Shown here piece after piece: positions 50,915 to 64,000 of a stretch of 64,000 nucleotides of DNA. Under the pieces are notes generated by a model. That model did not search any database. It saw nothing but the letters and a program-made list of their open reading frames with translations, and was not told where the DNA came from. Positions within the stretch are counted from its first letter, which is position 1. The number at the start of each line of letters is the position of its first letter. Location: contig JBNZDD010013614.1 in assembly GCA_050575255.1 (NCBI GenBank), positions 1,429,524 through 1,493,523 of the forward strand, in the 5' to 3' direction. Position numbers and translations under genes: made by a program. The DNA is from Harriotta raleighana (Eukaryota).

Positions 50915-53780
50915 GCCAAACCTTATGTACAATACATGTAGATTTTTTTCTTAGTTTCTTTGTTAACCCTTAAAGAACTGCAAAAGCAATATACAGTAGC
51001 ATGAACCTCAAGGTACGATATTCAGCCATATCTTTGTTTAGGTTAAATGCATATTGTGTTTGTCAATGAACTTGTATATGATCAATATGAATGGTTTGGC
51101 TTTAAAATACATAATTCAATGTAACACTTACCTCAGAGTGTGGGCACTTCAATACCTTCAGTTTTCGACAAGTGCTACAAGGGAGGTGGAAAAAACGAAG
51201 AGAGTCTAATTAGCTCCTCTTTGGGCATATCTCACAACCAACACACCAGACTCCCACTCCTAGGCACAATAACCATCTTAATTAGACTTAATGCAGACAG
51301 ATTTTATTTTCAATGCCACACAATTCGGAATTGTGGTTTTTTCAAGAAAATCCAAATCAAATATCTCTTTCAGGGGACAGAATTTAAAGAAGGTAGAAAA
51401 AAGATTGAGGATGTATCTATGAATAAGTAGATAGAAAAAGAGAGAGAGGAATGAAGAAAAACATGTATGTCCATCTTGTGAAGAACAAATTTGTTTAAAT
51501 CAAATCTAATATTTTAACCTAAAATTTAATCTAATATTGCAAGATTGCAATATGCAAAACTTTTTGATGATATGCAAAAATAGACAAATAATTAGATAAA
51601 CTTCTTAAAGACAGATTTTTTTTTAATAAGAGATGGTAAACCTGGAAGTAATGTATTTTGATAAAAGATGAGCAAATAATTGCTAGACTCACTGTGCTAT
51701 ATCTATCAAACTGTAGTTTCATTTTCCTTTTATATAAACTCATGGGAGTAGAACACTGTTTTATTTTGGGCACTCAAGGACTCCAGGTCAGGCACAGCAT
51801 AGGCAGATGAAGAGTAAGGCACTTTACCACCTGTGGACAGCAGGAAAACTATTGACAGTTTTTGCTGCAGTGCTGCATCCAACTGAAACATATTTGAAAC
51901 CATTTACATTAGGATCCTTAGATCAGCTAGAGAGATAAAAACAAATGTTTCCATAATTTCTGGGATAAATTTGATCCACCATCCCAGAGTGCTAACCTGC
52001 TAACAAACAAACTAACGAAGAAACAAACAAAAGTCCAGTGTCTTATTTTCTGTTTATCTAAATTTCTCCTTGTTATCCCAATTTCTGCTGCCTAACCAAC
52101 CTTTATATCCTTCGTGTTTGGGACGTAACATTTCAAAACAAAATGTGATAGACTCTGTATTTCTGTAGACAAAATTGATTTCCTTTCCTCTTCTAGACAA
52201 TGGAAATGGATAGTTCTTTATGTATTTTACTTTGAACTTTTTATTGTTTCAATAGAAAGTTAGACAAAGAGAGCCTTGCTTATCTCCTTTGAAAAATTGT
52301 ATATTTTGCATGCAAAAAAGAGCTATCATCAATTAAAAAGATGTAAAATAAAAGAGAGGCTTAAGTCACAACATTCATAAAATGTTTTACAATATTACAT
52401 ACATTCATATTCTACAGTCCATAACTGTATACCAAGCGTTAGTATAGAAAAAATTATTTAATTTACCCAGGAACACCAATTTAGCTAACCTTGTGTTGGG
52501 TACATTATATAGCTTTTATCGTAAAATGTCACTGAACCCTAAATCTCATACAAACTCAATCCACTTGTATAAATTCCATGCCTCTTATATAAATTGTAAC
52601 CCTCTTCTATAAACTCCAACTCACTTATATAAATAAGACCAACTGTTTTAATGCAGAGTTAGCCTTTCCATTCTCCACCTTGTTTCCATTTGAACCTCTA
52701 ATAGTTTCTCCAAGTGAGATTTCCATATTAACAGGCAGTTTTGTTTTGTGGCTATTGCCAAATCCATTTCACAGAGAAATTCTATCAGGCAGAAATCCTC
52801 ATTTTATTTGTCTGGATTTTTAATTCATTCCTCAGAGATCACGAGGCAGAGTTGTGATTTACTGGATTTCTAATAAAACTGCATGTTTAACAAAAGGTAT
52901 CCTTATTTATAATGATTGTACACAGGTTTTGCAGTAAGTAGTGGACAAATTTAAAATGTATTTATCCTATATATGGCTGAATGTTGTGCCTTAGTTGCTT
53001 ATTAAATCACACACATGAGGAACACTAATGCGTACAATTCTCTACAGATTAATACTCAAATTTTTATACGGATTTAATGATTGAAAATGTACACTGAAAG
53101 AGCAAAACTTTCTTTAGATATTCCAAGAGAAACAACATCACTTATCTGTTTTTGATAATGAAAAGTAGCATCATGTCCTGGAGTCAGTGATTGGTAGTAT
53201 AAATCAAGGATGATAGCAAATGGAGATGTGTCTCAGCTGAATTACAGGGTCTAGTGCTGTTATATGTAAATTGTACCATTGCAGTGGAACTCGCTAAATT
53301 TCAATCCTATCAGTAAAAGTTTAATACCATTTAATATAATGGTACAGAATGGCTGAATGTGTAAATACATTATAAGACAGGTTGGCTGTAAAACTGGGAT
53401 ATCTTGGATTTTTGATTGATAATGTTTTACAGGGGTACTGCTTGTGAAACACTTTCAATTTTTTATACTACTGTACATCCAAGATTAGTTTAAATTCTGT
53501 ATATATATTAATCACTGAATTCGCTTTTGTTACATACTTCTTTGTAGATCAGGGTAATATATTTACTGGGTGATATATTTGGCCATAGAAGTGTTTGGGG
53601 CTTCTGCGCCTGTATCTCACATTGTTTCCTGTGCATTCTATTATCCAAATGCTATACCCTTGCAGTGTAAAAAAAGGGTAGCTCCATCAAACCTTAATAA
53701 CTGGGTTAGAAAAGGGTTTCCATGGAATCAAAGCCCGCCCTTTTTTAAAAAGAAAAAAATCACTGTTAGATCTTAATTCA
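50915..53780 (+). other. Probable 3' UTR of the beta-subunit gene (end uncertain)
   Basis: AT-rich and largely repeat-free after the stop codon. AATAAA occurs at 52347-52352 and 52872-52877, with another at 55418-55423. Confidence 0.5.
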
Positions 53781-56394
53781 CTCATTAAAGTACCAAAGGA
53801 ATAAGTTTAAGAAAGAGAACACATTTTCTTGAGCCTTATCACATTAAAATGTTTCAAAGCACTTTACCGAAATTACCGTTATGCATATGACTGTTTTTGC
53901 AGACCACAGGGGGTCCAACAGTCAGCTACGAAGTGATTTATATATTTATTGGGAGGATTGTTGGCAACTGTTTTCAAATAGTATCCCAAGATCTTCACTT
54001 CACTTGAAGAACATGCATATAGGTATTGGTTTAATATCTCACCGGAAGGATGGTATCTTCACCAATGCAATATTTCCCCAATACTGCATTGAAGTGTCAA
54101 CAATAACAACAAATTACACTTGTCAGCCTGAACCCAAGAGCTCAATTTCCACTTTGGTCTTAATCACACAATCTTTTGAGCCAGAGATAAAGTGCTACCA
54201 AATGTGCCACGTTTGAGCCAGATTTAAGCAACATTTTACTGTAAACACCAATACTGTATATGTAGAATTTGACTCACACTTGAATCTTTGAGGCATTAAA
54301 ATTAATCATTAAATTAAACATTTGTAGGCTTGGCCCCCTTTGTAACATACCCATCTAACAGAGGGAAAAATCATGCACAATCTAAACTGTCAATTTCTTT
54401 AATTACAACAACAATGTATCACATTTGTATAGCGCTTGTCACTTCTGGAGCATGTCCCAAGGCACTGGACAGTCAGGGATGTGGACCTAAGCAGGGAGCG
54501 GGCATCAGGAGGGGATGAAAAGCTGTGAGGTTAACGGTAGGAGGGTCGACCGAAGGCGTGGTTGTTATTTTAAATATATCAATCAAACTTGTTTACTCTA
54601 AGGAATAACCCCAGTCTTTTCAATCTCATCGTAGCTGATTTACCTAACATTTTTCAAATAATTAAACATCTTAAGGAGCTTCACAGAATAACTTGAAATG
54701 AAGTGAATATTGCTATGTAGATACCTAGTCAAACCTGACTGTGACGTCATTCAAATTATAACTATCGTCCCAATCCAAAAATTTGTTTAACCATGGAACC
54801 ACTAGTTGGTTGTCTTGTTTTTTTTCTAATCTGCATGTGGCATTCATGGAGAGCTTTATTGAAACTTGGTTCATTTATTTTCTCAGCATTGCTGATCATT
54901 GGTGATGATGCTTCACACCATTCATCCGTAATGATGTTGACACTGAAGCATTATTGTAACATGATCACTGCATGTCCAAGTAATTCACTGTTGATTACTC
55001 TTGTACATTGTGGTGTGACTAACTTGACTAAGATGTTAGTGCAATGTAATCTTTTATATGTTTACTCTAAAATAGGCCTTTATCATTGAATTGTTCTTGA
55101 ACAAGTGGCTGAAAAATGCAGCCCAATGCTTAATGAAACACATATACATTATTTATAAGTGAACAATTTTCTAAAAAATAAGTGGGTAACTGGCTTCTAA
55201 ATCAGAACCACAATTTTTTTGTCATGTTCTCGGTTTGGCTATGGAAGTAAACCTTCTGTTGCGTTGCTGCTGGCAGCTGCTTGAAGCCAAGACTATGTGA
55301 TGGAATGTCACCTCTATGTGGTGGAGCTTTGGCAATGTCAAATAGCTAGCTTGGGTTGTTAGTTATCCTGTAGCGAGTTTTATTTTATTTGAAATTTTAG
55401 TTGATAATCTTTGCAAAAATAAATACAGGCTGTATTATGTACTCAATGGAGTTGGCTAGCCTGATTGACAAATTCTTTTAATCACTGACTGATATATAAT
55501 ATCAGGATAGTGATAATTTCTCCAGTAAGAGTTATAGTGAAGACCTTCTGTTATCTGCATGAAATCTCAAACCTTTCATTAATGCATATTCCATTATCTT
55601 ATTTATAAAATGATTTATTATGATTATGACTATTATGATTTAATAGTTTCGCAACATAACTTACTTGAAAACAAAACTTTAGAAAGTTGTGCACATCTGT
55701 AATATACTTTTACAAAATTTGTTCTGTGCAGTTTTCTTTTGCCTGAGATCACAGTTGTTTCTTTTCCCATTGAAAATACTAGAATCCTCCCAACATCAGA
55801 GGCGCTCTATAAATTGTTGTTTGTTGTAACTGTTCTCCAACCTCCCACTGACTGAGATTGCAAGATGATTTGTGGAATTCACAATCGCTTCATTTGGAAA
55901 GTAAGCAAATGCGGGTGGGAATGTATGTACAGTATGTGCACATGTGAATATGTTAGTGTATAAATGAGTGAAGACAGAATCAGGGATCATTCCATACTTC
56001 ACAGTGTGGGCACGATATTCACAATATGAATATATAGCACATGAAGTATAACAAGACAAGGTACCAGAGAACCTCCGCAAGTCAGCATCTTAAGAGTGGA
56101 GAAGCAAGGGGAAATTGACATATAAGTAACAGTAAATCCGAAAATAGGCATTGGGACTAAATTAAATAGGAGAGTTAAATGTAGGTTCTAAATTTCATTA
56201 GTTTGATTGCCCAAAACCAATTAAGTCAAAACTGCATTTCACAATGAACATCTTCCAGCTTTCCAAAACAAAATCTTATAACACTGATACAGTAGCTAGA
56301 ATTTGAAATGAAAAATGCAATGTTCATTAGCAGATCAAATATCAGACGAAATTTGTTAAGAAACATCATCATTACAGTCAATAATCGTCAACTA

Positions 56395-57968
56395 CAGTAT
56401 CCCCCAATTTACGACAGGGTTGTGTTCCTGGAAAGCGTCATGCAATTTGAAATTTCGTAAATCGGAATCCCATGCGGTCCTATTATATAACCCGAAATGC
56501 GTTCTTATGACAAAAATTTTGGACCTTAAACCCACCAGAATATCACACAAAACACACAAAGTAATACACAAAGGCAAGATTTAGTTTCTAAAGTGATGAT
56601 TTTGCGGGGTCTTTTATCGCTAGCGGTATTATGCTGCTCATTTCATTTGCTGACATTGTAGAAATGCGGTAGAGGCTGTAAACTGCTCGAAATTGCATTG
56701 TGTCACTTCAAAAGAAGCTGTCTTTTAAAACACTAAAGAAAAAGCTTTTAACTCTACTAAAAAGCAACACTGCTGAACAATTTGTATAAAGAACATACCG
56801 CTTTCGCTGAGCTGAGCATCAATCGCGATATCGCCCTCAAGTGGTAGGACAACCAATTTGTATAAAGAGTGTATTTACCAAAGAACTGAGTCCACGAAAC
56901 AAACAGAGATAACTGTATTGTCCTCTAGTGGTGGGAGGACCCGGGAGACTAATTTGGGTTGCAGCAAAAAAAGGTTGGGAACCATTGACGTAGCGACATA
57001 CTATTAGCCAGTTCAAACGCTTTGATACAGTATACAACTGTGATTTTACCACGAAATACACTACAGTAAAACCTTATTTATCCATGACTCAATGAACCGG
57101 AAAACCCATTCAACTGCCACCTCAAAAAAAAGTCCTGATTCGATTAACCATAAGTTATCCAGCAAATAGTGATGACGCGTTTAATGAATGGACTGTTGCA
57201 AGCGAGTGCAGTACTTGCGAGTGCAGTATTCGCAGTTGGCCACTAGGCGTGTCTAAACTGGTGAGATGCTCAGAGCCCTGGGCAGCAGNNNNNNNNNNNN
57301 NNNNNNNNNNNNNNNNNNNNNNNNNNNNNNNNNNNNNNNNNNNNNNNNNNNNNNNNNNNNNNNNNNNNNNNNNNNNNNNNNNNNNNNNNNNNNNNNNNNN
57401 NNNNNNNNNNNNNNNNNNNNNNNNNNNNNNNNNNNNNNNNNNNNNCTTGGTCGTTTTTATCTGTTCATGGAAACTCACCATAGTGATGCTTGCCTAAGCT
57501 ATTACAACATAGAAGTTGCTGCTTTGGTCCATTTGACCTAAAATAGGTCGGGTGAAGGCTGCAATTGTGAAGTTAAGTATAAATAAAAGTACTAATACAA
57601 TATTCTGTTATTATTTATTCTATTATTAATATGTTATGTGTTAAAATATATATTTTTGTAATTTTTTGTTTATTTTTAAAATCCGTTCAACCGGAAAAAC
57701 GGTTTAACCGCNTATATTTTTGTAATTTTTTTTATTTTTAAAATCCGTTCAACCGGAAAAACGGTTTAACCGCCACTGGTCAGGCCCCGTGGGTGCCAGA
57801 TAAACGAGGTATTACTGTATATACTGCGCATGTGCAAAAAAGATGGGCAACAATTTTTGTCGTTAAAATAAAATGCTTATATCGATAAAAAGGTTAAAAA
57901 ATTACATTTATTAAATTGAAAATGTGTAAATAGAAACACTTTATCTCTTGATGTACAAGAGATAACTG
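56395..57968. mobile_element. Possible older Tigger-like element hosting a nested MITE
   Basis: ta|CAGTATCCCCCAATTTACG start, degenerate ...GAGATAACTG|ta end and a CpG-richer interior. Confidence 0.45.
57064..57817. mobile_element. MITE, family B-related (contains assembly gap 57289-57444)
   Basis: ta|CAGTAAAACCTTATTTATCC ... GATAAACGAGGTATTACTG|ta. Confidence 0.8.
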
Positions 57969-58200
57969 TATTTGCAGGTATTAACATGTTACTTAAGACC
58001 ACACAATGGACTGAAGATTTCAGTTCTCCCCTTGCTGTTTCTGATTGCTAAGACTAGTTTCGGATATGTTCCTGTTAATCGTCTGTAAAGCAGCACTAAG
58101 ACAGCATGTTATATTCTGGAAATAAGAACTGTAGCTAATGAGAACACATATGATTTTAGGGCCAAGGTTGGGTGTAGGATGTTCACTCTCAAAACTATTA

Positions 58201-58821
58201 CAGTAAAAGCCTGTTTATCCAGCACCCGCGGGACCCGGCCAATGCCAGTTAAATGGCTTGCCGAAAACGCAACACACAAAAAAAATTAAATTAAAACTTA
58301 TTTTAACACATACCAAATTATTAATAGACTAAATAATAACAGATAATAATGGTTGGATCCGACACCGAAAACCCAACACAAAAAAAATTAACTTATTTTA
58401 AAACATACCATATTAATTGTAGACTAAATAATAATAGATCATAACAGAATATTGTATGGGTACTTTATTGTAAATGTTGTAAATTGAACCATCTAAATAA
58501 TAGACTAAATACAGTAATAATGGATACTGTAATAAAAGAATATTGTATTCGTACTTTATTATTTATACTTAACTTCTGCAATGGCGGCTGCCATGGGAGG
58601 AAAAAAAACGCAGCCCAACTTTAAAAAAGAACAGCTGCCCGACTTTCAAGCTTTACTAGCGGGAAGCTGAAATACCTGTGCAGTGCGATAGGCAATTCAT
58701 TAAATGCGCCACTGCAATTCTGCTGGATAACTGCCAGTTTATCGGATGGGGACTTTTTTTTGATGTGCCGGTTAAACGGAAGTTCCGGTTCAATGAGTCA
58801 CAGATAAACGGGCTTTTACTC
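58201..58821. mobile_element. MITE, family B (opposite orientation to the 29020 and 57064 copies)
   Basis: ta|CAGTAAAAGCCTGTTTATCC ... GATAAACGGGCTTTTACT(C)|ta. Confidence 0.85.
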
Positions 58822-59277
58822 TATTAATATTTTTAAGTGAAATTCGTAGCAAATTAAATATGATCACATTGAATCTTAAACGTGACATTTTTGTCTCCAT
58901 AATAGTGTTATATGATGATATCCTCCTGATGTGAAAGGCTGTATACGAATATAATTTTGTATTGTATTTACAGCAACAATACAGAGTGAAGCCTAATCGG
59001 CATCTTAAGTATATCACCATTGAATCATCAGACTCTAGATGAGACAAAGGTGCTCCTTAAAGAGGGACTAAGATTTTACTGCTTATTGCTTCACATGTAA
59101 ATTATCTATTTCATAAATCTTAAATCAAAACACAACAGGTAAAACAATAGCACTCCTCTTACTTAATTAGGATTTAAGGCAATTCAGTTAATAGAATACC
59201 CAACTAGCTCTCGATCTCTACTTCATCTGCTCCTGCTTTGAAAACAGGTTGCCATTTCTTGGATAGGTACTGCATAG

Positions 59278-59450
59278 GATAATAATAATTCTTGCATTTG
59301 ATATAGTGCCATATCACAGTTTGAGACACCTCAAAGAGCTTCACAAAATACACCCTAAAGTGAATTGACTGTATATTTTATAGTCGAAACGCGGCAGCCA
59401 ACGGCGCATAGCAGTATTCCACAAACAGTTGTGGATTGAGTGACCAATTT
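59278..59450 (-). mobile_element. Deu SINE 3' portion
   Basis: Reverse complement of the SINE core and tail. Confidence 0.8.
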
Positions 59451-62400
59451 TATTTTGAAAGATAGCCCATTAGGATGGGTCACTATGTCTATGGAAATGT
59501 AAACTAGGTAAAGGGTAGCTACCTAGAAAGCTTCATTCTGATCTGTAAAAGCTTTGTGGTACTGGCCAAATATGTTAGATCTTTAGAAACCTTTCACTGT
59601 TTTAAAACCTTTGCTGTCTGCAACATGCTCTATTTGCCACATTTGCAAACTACATAAAGAAAATAATGTCTGTAACATTTTAACTTGCAATGCTGTTTGT
59701 TTTCATTTGAGAAGACACGAAAACCTGATAAGGCACTGTATCAAATGCAAGGATATTTGTATTATTATTATAAGTGCTGTTTTATTTTTTGTTTGTCACA
59801 TTTTGGATCTTTTTAAGCATTGGGCCTGCTTGGTTTGTTAAAGAGCTAATTAAAGCTACATGATGTTCAGCTACTTTTAGGATTACTTTTTAAAATTATT
59901 ATTTGCTTCTATTTGTGCATGTTTTAGACTAAATGCTCAGATCATGATCAAAGGAGTTCTGATCCTAATTCACATCTTTTCTGTTCTTTACAAAGCTTCT
60001 TAAATAAGAAGAAATATTGTGGTCTGATTCAATAGAATGGTTAAAAAGATGTTGTAACATGCTATTAAATCTCTTCGATTTTCTTTCAGATATAGTCATC
60101 ATTCATGCTTACATTGTCTCATTCAAGCAAATTTAATTTATTCTGGGCATAAAATGTAAAATAAATTTTACTGTTGGATAGGTTCCAAAGATTTTCATCT
60201 AGTGGAGGGGGGAAAGAGCATTTTTACCAGATTCTAGATATTGGATCAGAATTTTACCAAAGAAATAGTTCAGTCGGGTGTTCAGAAGCTGAAGTGGTAC
60301 AAGGATATATTTACATTTGTACGAGTCCACACACCAATCTTTCATTCGCCAGCATTGACTTGTATCAGAACAGAGCATCACCATGAATAACTCTTAGGAG
60401 TCAATGTTTGAGAATTCAGCTGAACAAATGGTTGTTCACAACACTAGAAAATATCAATGGTGAGTCATTGCCAACCTATTACATAGTGCCCTAAATGGCA
60501 AGAAAATAATGGCAAGAAAGTGGCAAAAAATAAAGATGAAAAACATCCTGATTAAATACTCACACAGTGAGTCTCCAATCAGCATCAGGACATCTATGCA
60601 AGCCACATATGAAGCCAACGCAAGAGTCATTCACAAATACACAAGAAAGGTTTGAATGAAGATGGTCTTTCATCCAATTTGGATTGCAACCTTCGAAAAT
60701 GTTATTTCCGTTTTCCCATTGCACCATCAAGCTGTTTCTCAAATTAATCCAGTTTACTGATCTCTGCCATCATTCCTAGTAACCTGTTCCAGTTGTTGAC
60801 AATACTCTGTAAAAAACTTCTTGGAATCTGTCTTAAAATTTTCCTTCAAAATCCTGAACCCGCACCTCTTGCAGCTTTGATGTATTGTAAAGTACTATTG
60901 TAGATTTATTTTCTCTGTCCTATGTACCTTTATGGGTCCTATCTATTGTGCACATCTCATAACATCTTTAAAAGCAATAGGCTCTGCTATAAGAGCTCAA
61001 AGGAGGCAATAGGAAACGTCTTAAAGAAAGCTGTCAACCTATCATATCTGTCAATAAATATTGCATCACTGTACAGTAATGTATATTCTGTGAAGCATTT
61101 TGAGATGTCTCAAAGACATGATAAGGCACTATATCAAATGCAAGGATTATAATATCAGACAGGCAAATATTTCAATAGGACTTGAGCATTCTGTTTGAAC
61201 AGTAGCTTGTTATGTAAATATAGTGAGACAGTGTCTATTTTATTGTTACAACATTTTAAATCTTCATGTCAGCTGGGATGCCCTAGGATGAAATCCAAAG
61301 TGATTGATCGGTATAACACACACGTTTAATCCTTTACTATAACAAGTTTTGAGTGGGGTGGGAGAAAAGTAATTTCAAAGTTAAGATTATTTTGACAAAG
61401 AATCTTCTGTAACCTGCAGAAAAGATGTGATGATCACCAAGCTGCTCTGAACCTGTTTGAACCCATTAGATATTTATTTTCTGCAAATGTGTGATGTATC
61501 TGTTGAAAGGCTGTTCCACACTGAATTTAAAATTTAGTACAGCTGCATATTTGGATTTCAGTTCAACCAATACATTTTTAGGAACACAAATGATTTACAC
61601 TAAATTTAATTTAAATTAAATGTTTTTATGTAGTGTCATAAAAGTGCCATCTTAAAATTACTTGAGGTTCAGTCATAAAAGCCCCTAGGAAAAAGTGTAA
61701 CTTATATGAAAGCATTTCTGTCCAAACAAATCTGGGTGTGATTGCCTTTTAAAACCTTTCCTGCTTTTTGAAAATCCTTCAAATTGTTTTATATTTTAAA
61801 TGATTTGAAGCTAAATATTTTTTCCAAACATTGAACTTTTAAATTTTTTTTTTTTTAAAGTAAATTGACGCGAGTCTATTTTAATAATGCTGTTAATTGG
61901 TGTGAAATTCCGTATCTGCTTTTGAAATCACAATCATGGTAAAATGTTCAATGTTTTGTTTGCAAATGAGGAAGAAAAGGAATGGTATAAGTTTTTTTTG
62001 TTCATGTTTTGAAGAATGCTGCACTGTAAAGTAGCTTGCACCAGTCCATTGCTCAGAATGTGAAGGTGAATTTCATGAATGCTAAAGCCAGCAGCTCATA
62101 TTCAGCTCATATTCTCTGCTTATAGTCAGAAGCTGAAACATTGTGCTCACTAGTACTTGGGTAACCAAAGCAGCCCAAGAACCAGGTCTGGCATACCGGA
62201 GTTTTCAATATTAGCTTTACACAAGATCATAAATAAGGTTCAGATGGAGAAGGTTCTGAATTTAGCCCGTTCTCATCCTTCCACAATACCCTTTGCCATC
62301 CTATCATCATTCTTTTTTATATTCTTTCATATTTAAAAAAATAAATCCAACATCCTGGCCTCAACCACCCTTCCTGGCAACCTGTTTTGAGTCAATAATT

Positions 62401-63019
62401 ACCCTGTGGGTTAAGATATACTTCCTGGTGTCTGTCCTGAATTTTCCTATTAAAAGTGAAATTGTTCTGAAAGTAAGACTTTCCAAAGCAACTTCTTGTT
62501 TGTGTTTTCTCAACAACATGAAAACAAACTGAACATGAACAAAAACTGGAATATTTAGCATTTATATTAGAAAACATTCTTCCAAGCCAGAGCTTTATTG
62601 ATTCAAAATCTTAGTTATTATGAATTACTGGTCAATTCTACTCCTCAAATAATTACAAAGCCTGAATTATTAACTGGGGTTACAATTGCAGAATACCATT
62701 ATAAAGCATTCATGCTTAGTTTTCAGTGCATTTGTTTCAGAATATGATACTTTATACTGTAGCAAGAAGTCAACAGACCTGCTTTTAATATTACACCGTT
62801 AAATTAATATACAAATGTTGTTGTGATAATTAGTTTCCTAATCAATTTTAAAATGCTTTGGGAGAAATTACACCCAGGTCTACATGTATTCTTTTATGCA
62901 GTATTTATATAGAGCATCAGAACTTAGCAAATTGTCGAATTCCATCTTAAAATTGAAGCCAGTTTAGGTACTTCTTTTAAGAATTTGCCAAATCTATATG
63001 CTGCAATAAATCTACATCA

Positions 63020-63302
63020 TAATAATAATCCTTACATTTGATCTAGCACTTTTCACGTCTTCTAGACATCTCAAAGTGTTTCACTGAATACACTGTAAAG
63101 TGAATTGACTGTATTTTTGTGGGAGAAATGAGGCTGCCAATTCGGCACAGCAGTGTCCCACAAACAGCGTGACCAATTTGGTTTTGAGGGACTATTATCA
63201 GTAGGAAGGAAACATGCCCAAGGTTTCATCAACAAATGCTGGGAGTCAAACCCAGGTCTCTTGCTTGTGAGAGTGCTCTAACCACTGAGCTACAGGACTC
63301 CA
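63020..63302 (-). mobile_element. tRNA-derived Deu SINE
   Basis: Reverse-complement copy running from the tail to the head (ccactgagctacaggactcca). Confidence 0.85.
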
Positions 63303-63535
63303 CACAAATCTACAGGACTACATAAATCTAGACACAGACATTCTTCCCCCAGTTTCTATGTCTCTCTATTCACCAAGAGAATGAAATTGCAAGAACAATG
63401 TAAGTAGTAATTCCAGCAAGTAGACTTAAGGAATAAAAGATAATAATAATGTAATAGTAATCCGTCCATTTGATCTAGTGCTTTTCACATCTATTAGACA
63501 TCTCAAAGATCTTCACAGAACATACTGGAAAGTGA

Positions 63536-63755
63536 CAAAATATTGCAGATGCTGGAAATCTGACACAAAAATAGAAATTGCTGGGAACACTCAGCAGGTC
63601 AGGCAGCATCTATGGAGAAAGCAAAGTGAGTCAACGTTTTGGGTCCATGACCCTTCATCAGAACAAAGGGTCATGGACCCAAAACATTGACTCACTTTCC
63701 TTTCTCCATAGATGCTACCTGACCTGCTGAGTGTTCCCAGCGACTTCTGTTTTCA
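63536..63755. mobile_element. Penelope-like terminal element forming an ~88-bp inverted repeat, inserted in a SINE
   Basis: Arms 63568-63655 and 63666-63753 with a 10-nt spacer; hammerhead-like CTGATGA..stem..AAAAC on the minus strand; TSD ATACTG(G/T)AAAGTGA at 63522-63535 and 63756-63769. Confidence 0.75.
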
Positions 63756-64000
63756 ATACTGTAAAGTGAATTGATTGTATGTTTATGAGCAAAGGAAGAA
63801 TTAAGAAGAATGTGACTTATTGATATTCCTGCACGCATTCTTCTTTAATGCAACAACCTCAGAAAAAATATCAAAATACTGAAGTAAGCATAGCTGACAA
63901 TATTATGATAATTGTGTCTTGCCGAACAAACTGGGAGAGAGGGATAATTCCAGACGTTTACAAAGCCTGAATTATTAACTGGGGTTACATTTTGCAGAAC

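Noticed and set aside
57648-57772. ~64-bp tandem duplication in the MITE
   Set aside because: Separated by a single 'n'; likely a scaffold overlap artefact.
60240-60600. Possible minus-strand small exons (60564-60593, DVLMLIGDSL, with a GTGAGT donor) of a convergent gene such as COMMD8
   Set aside because: No recognisable similarity to COMMD8 or any protein I know; splice-like motifs alone are insufficient.

Overview
Vertebrate genomic DNA, AT-rich and repeat-dense. The repeat complement (Deu-domain tRNA-derived SINEs, L2 and CR1 LINEs, a Penelope-type terminal hairpin) points to a cartilaginous fish, possibly a chimaera; the taxon is inferred. The only supportable host gene is the 3' part of a GABA-A receptor beta subunit on the + strand, best matching gabrb1. 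Five coding exons (equivalent to exons 5-9) lie at 10106-10188, 22620-22757, 24686-24838, 25516-25766 and 50567-50914, all GT-AG and in continuous frame; exons 1-4 lie upstream of the window. The rest is intron and 3' flank, with nested SINEs, L2/CR1 fragments, TA-flanked Tc1/mariner(Tigger)-like MITEs, a hAT-like MITE and two assembly gaps. The most notable observations are: a candidate neural microexon or cassette exon in the M3-M4 loop intron (~33705); a beta1-type subunit with Asn at M2-15'; an E-box/CRE tandem array expanded inside a young MITE; inverted MITE pairs bracketing the 25-kb last intron; and a Penelope-type hairpin with a degenerate hammerhead core. All functional interpretations are hypotheses from sequence alone.
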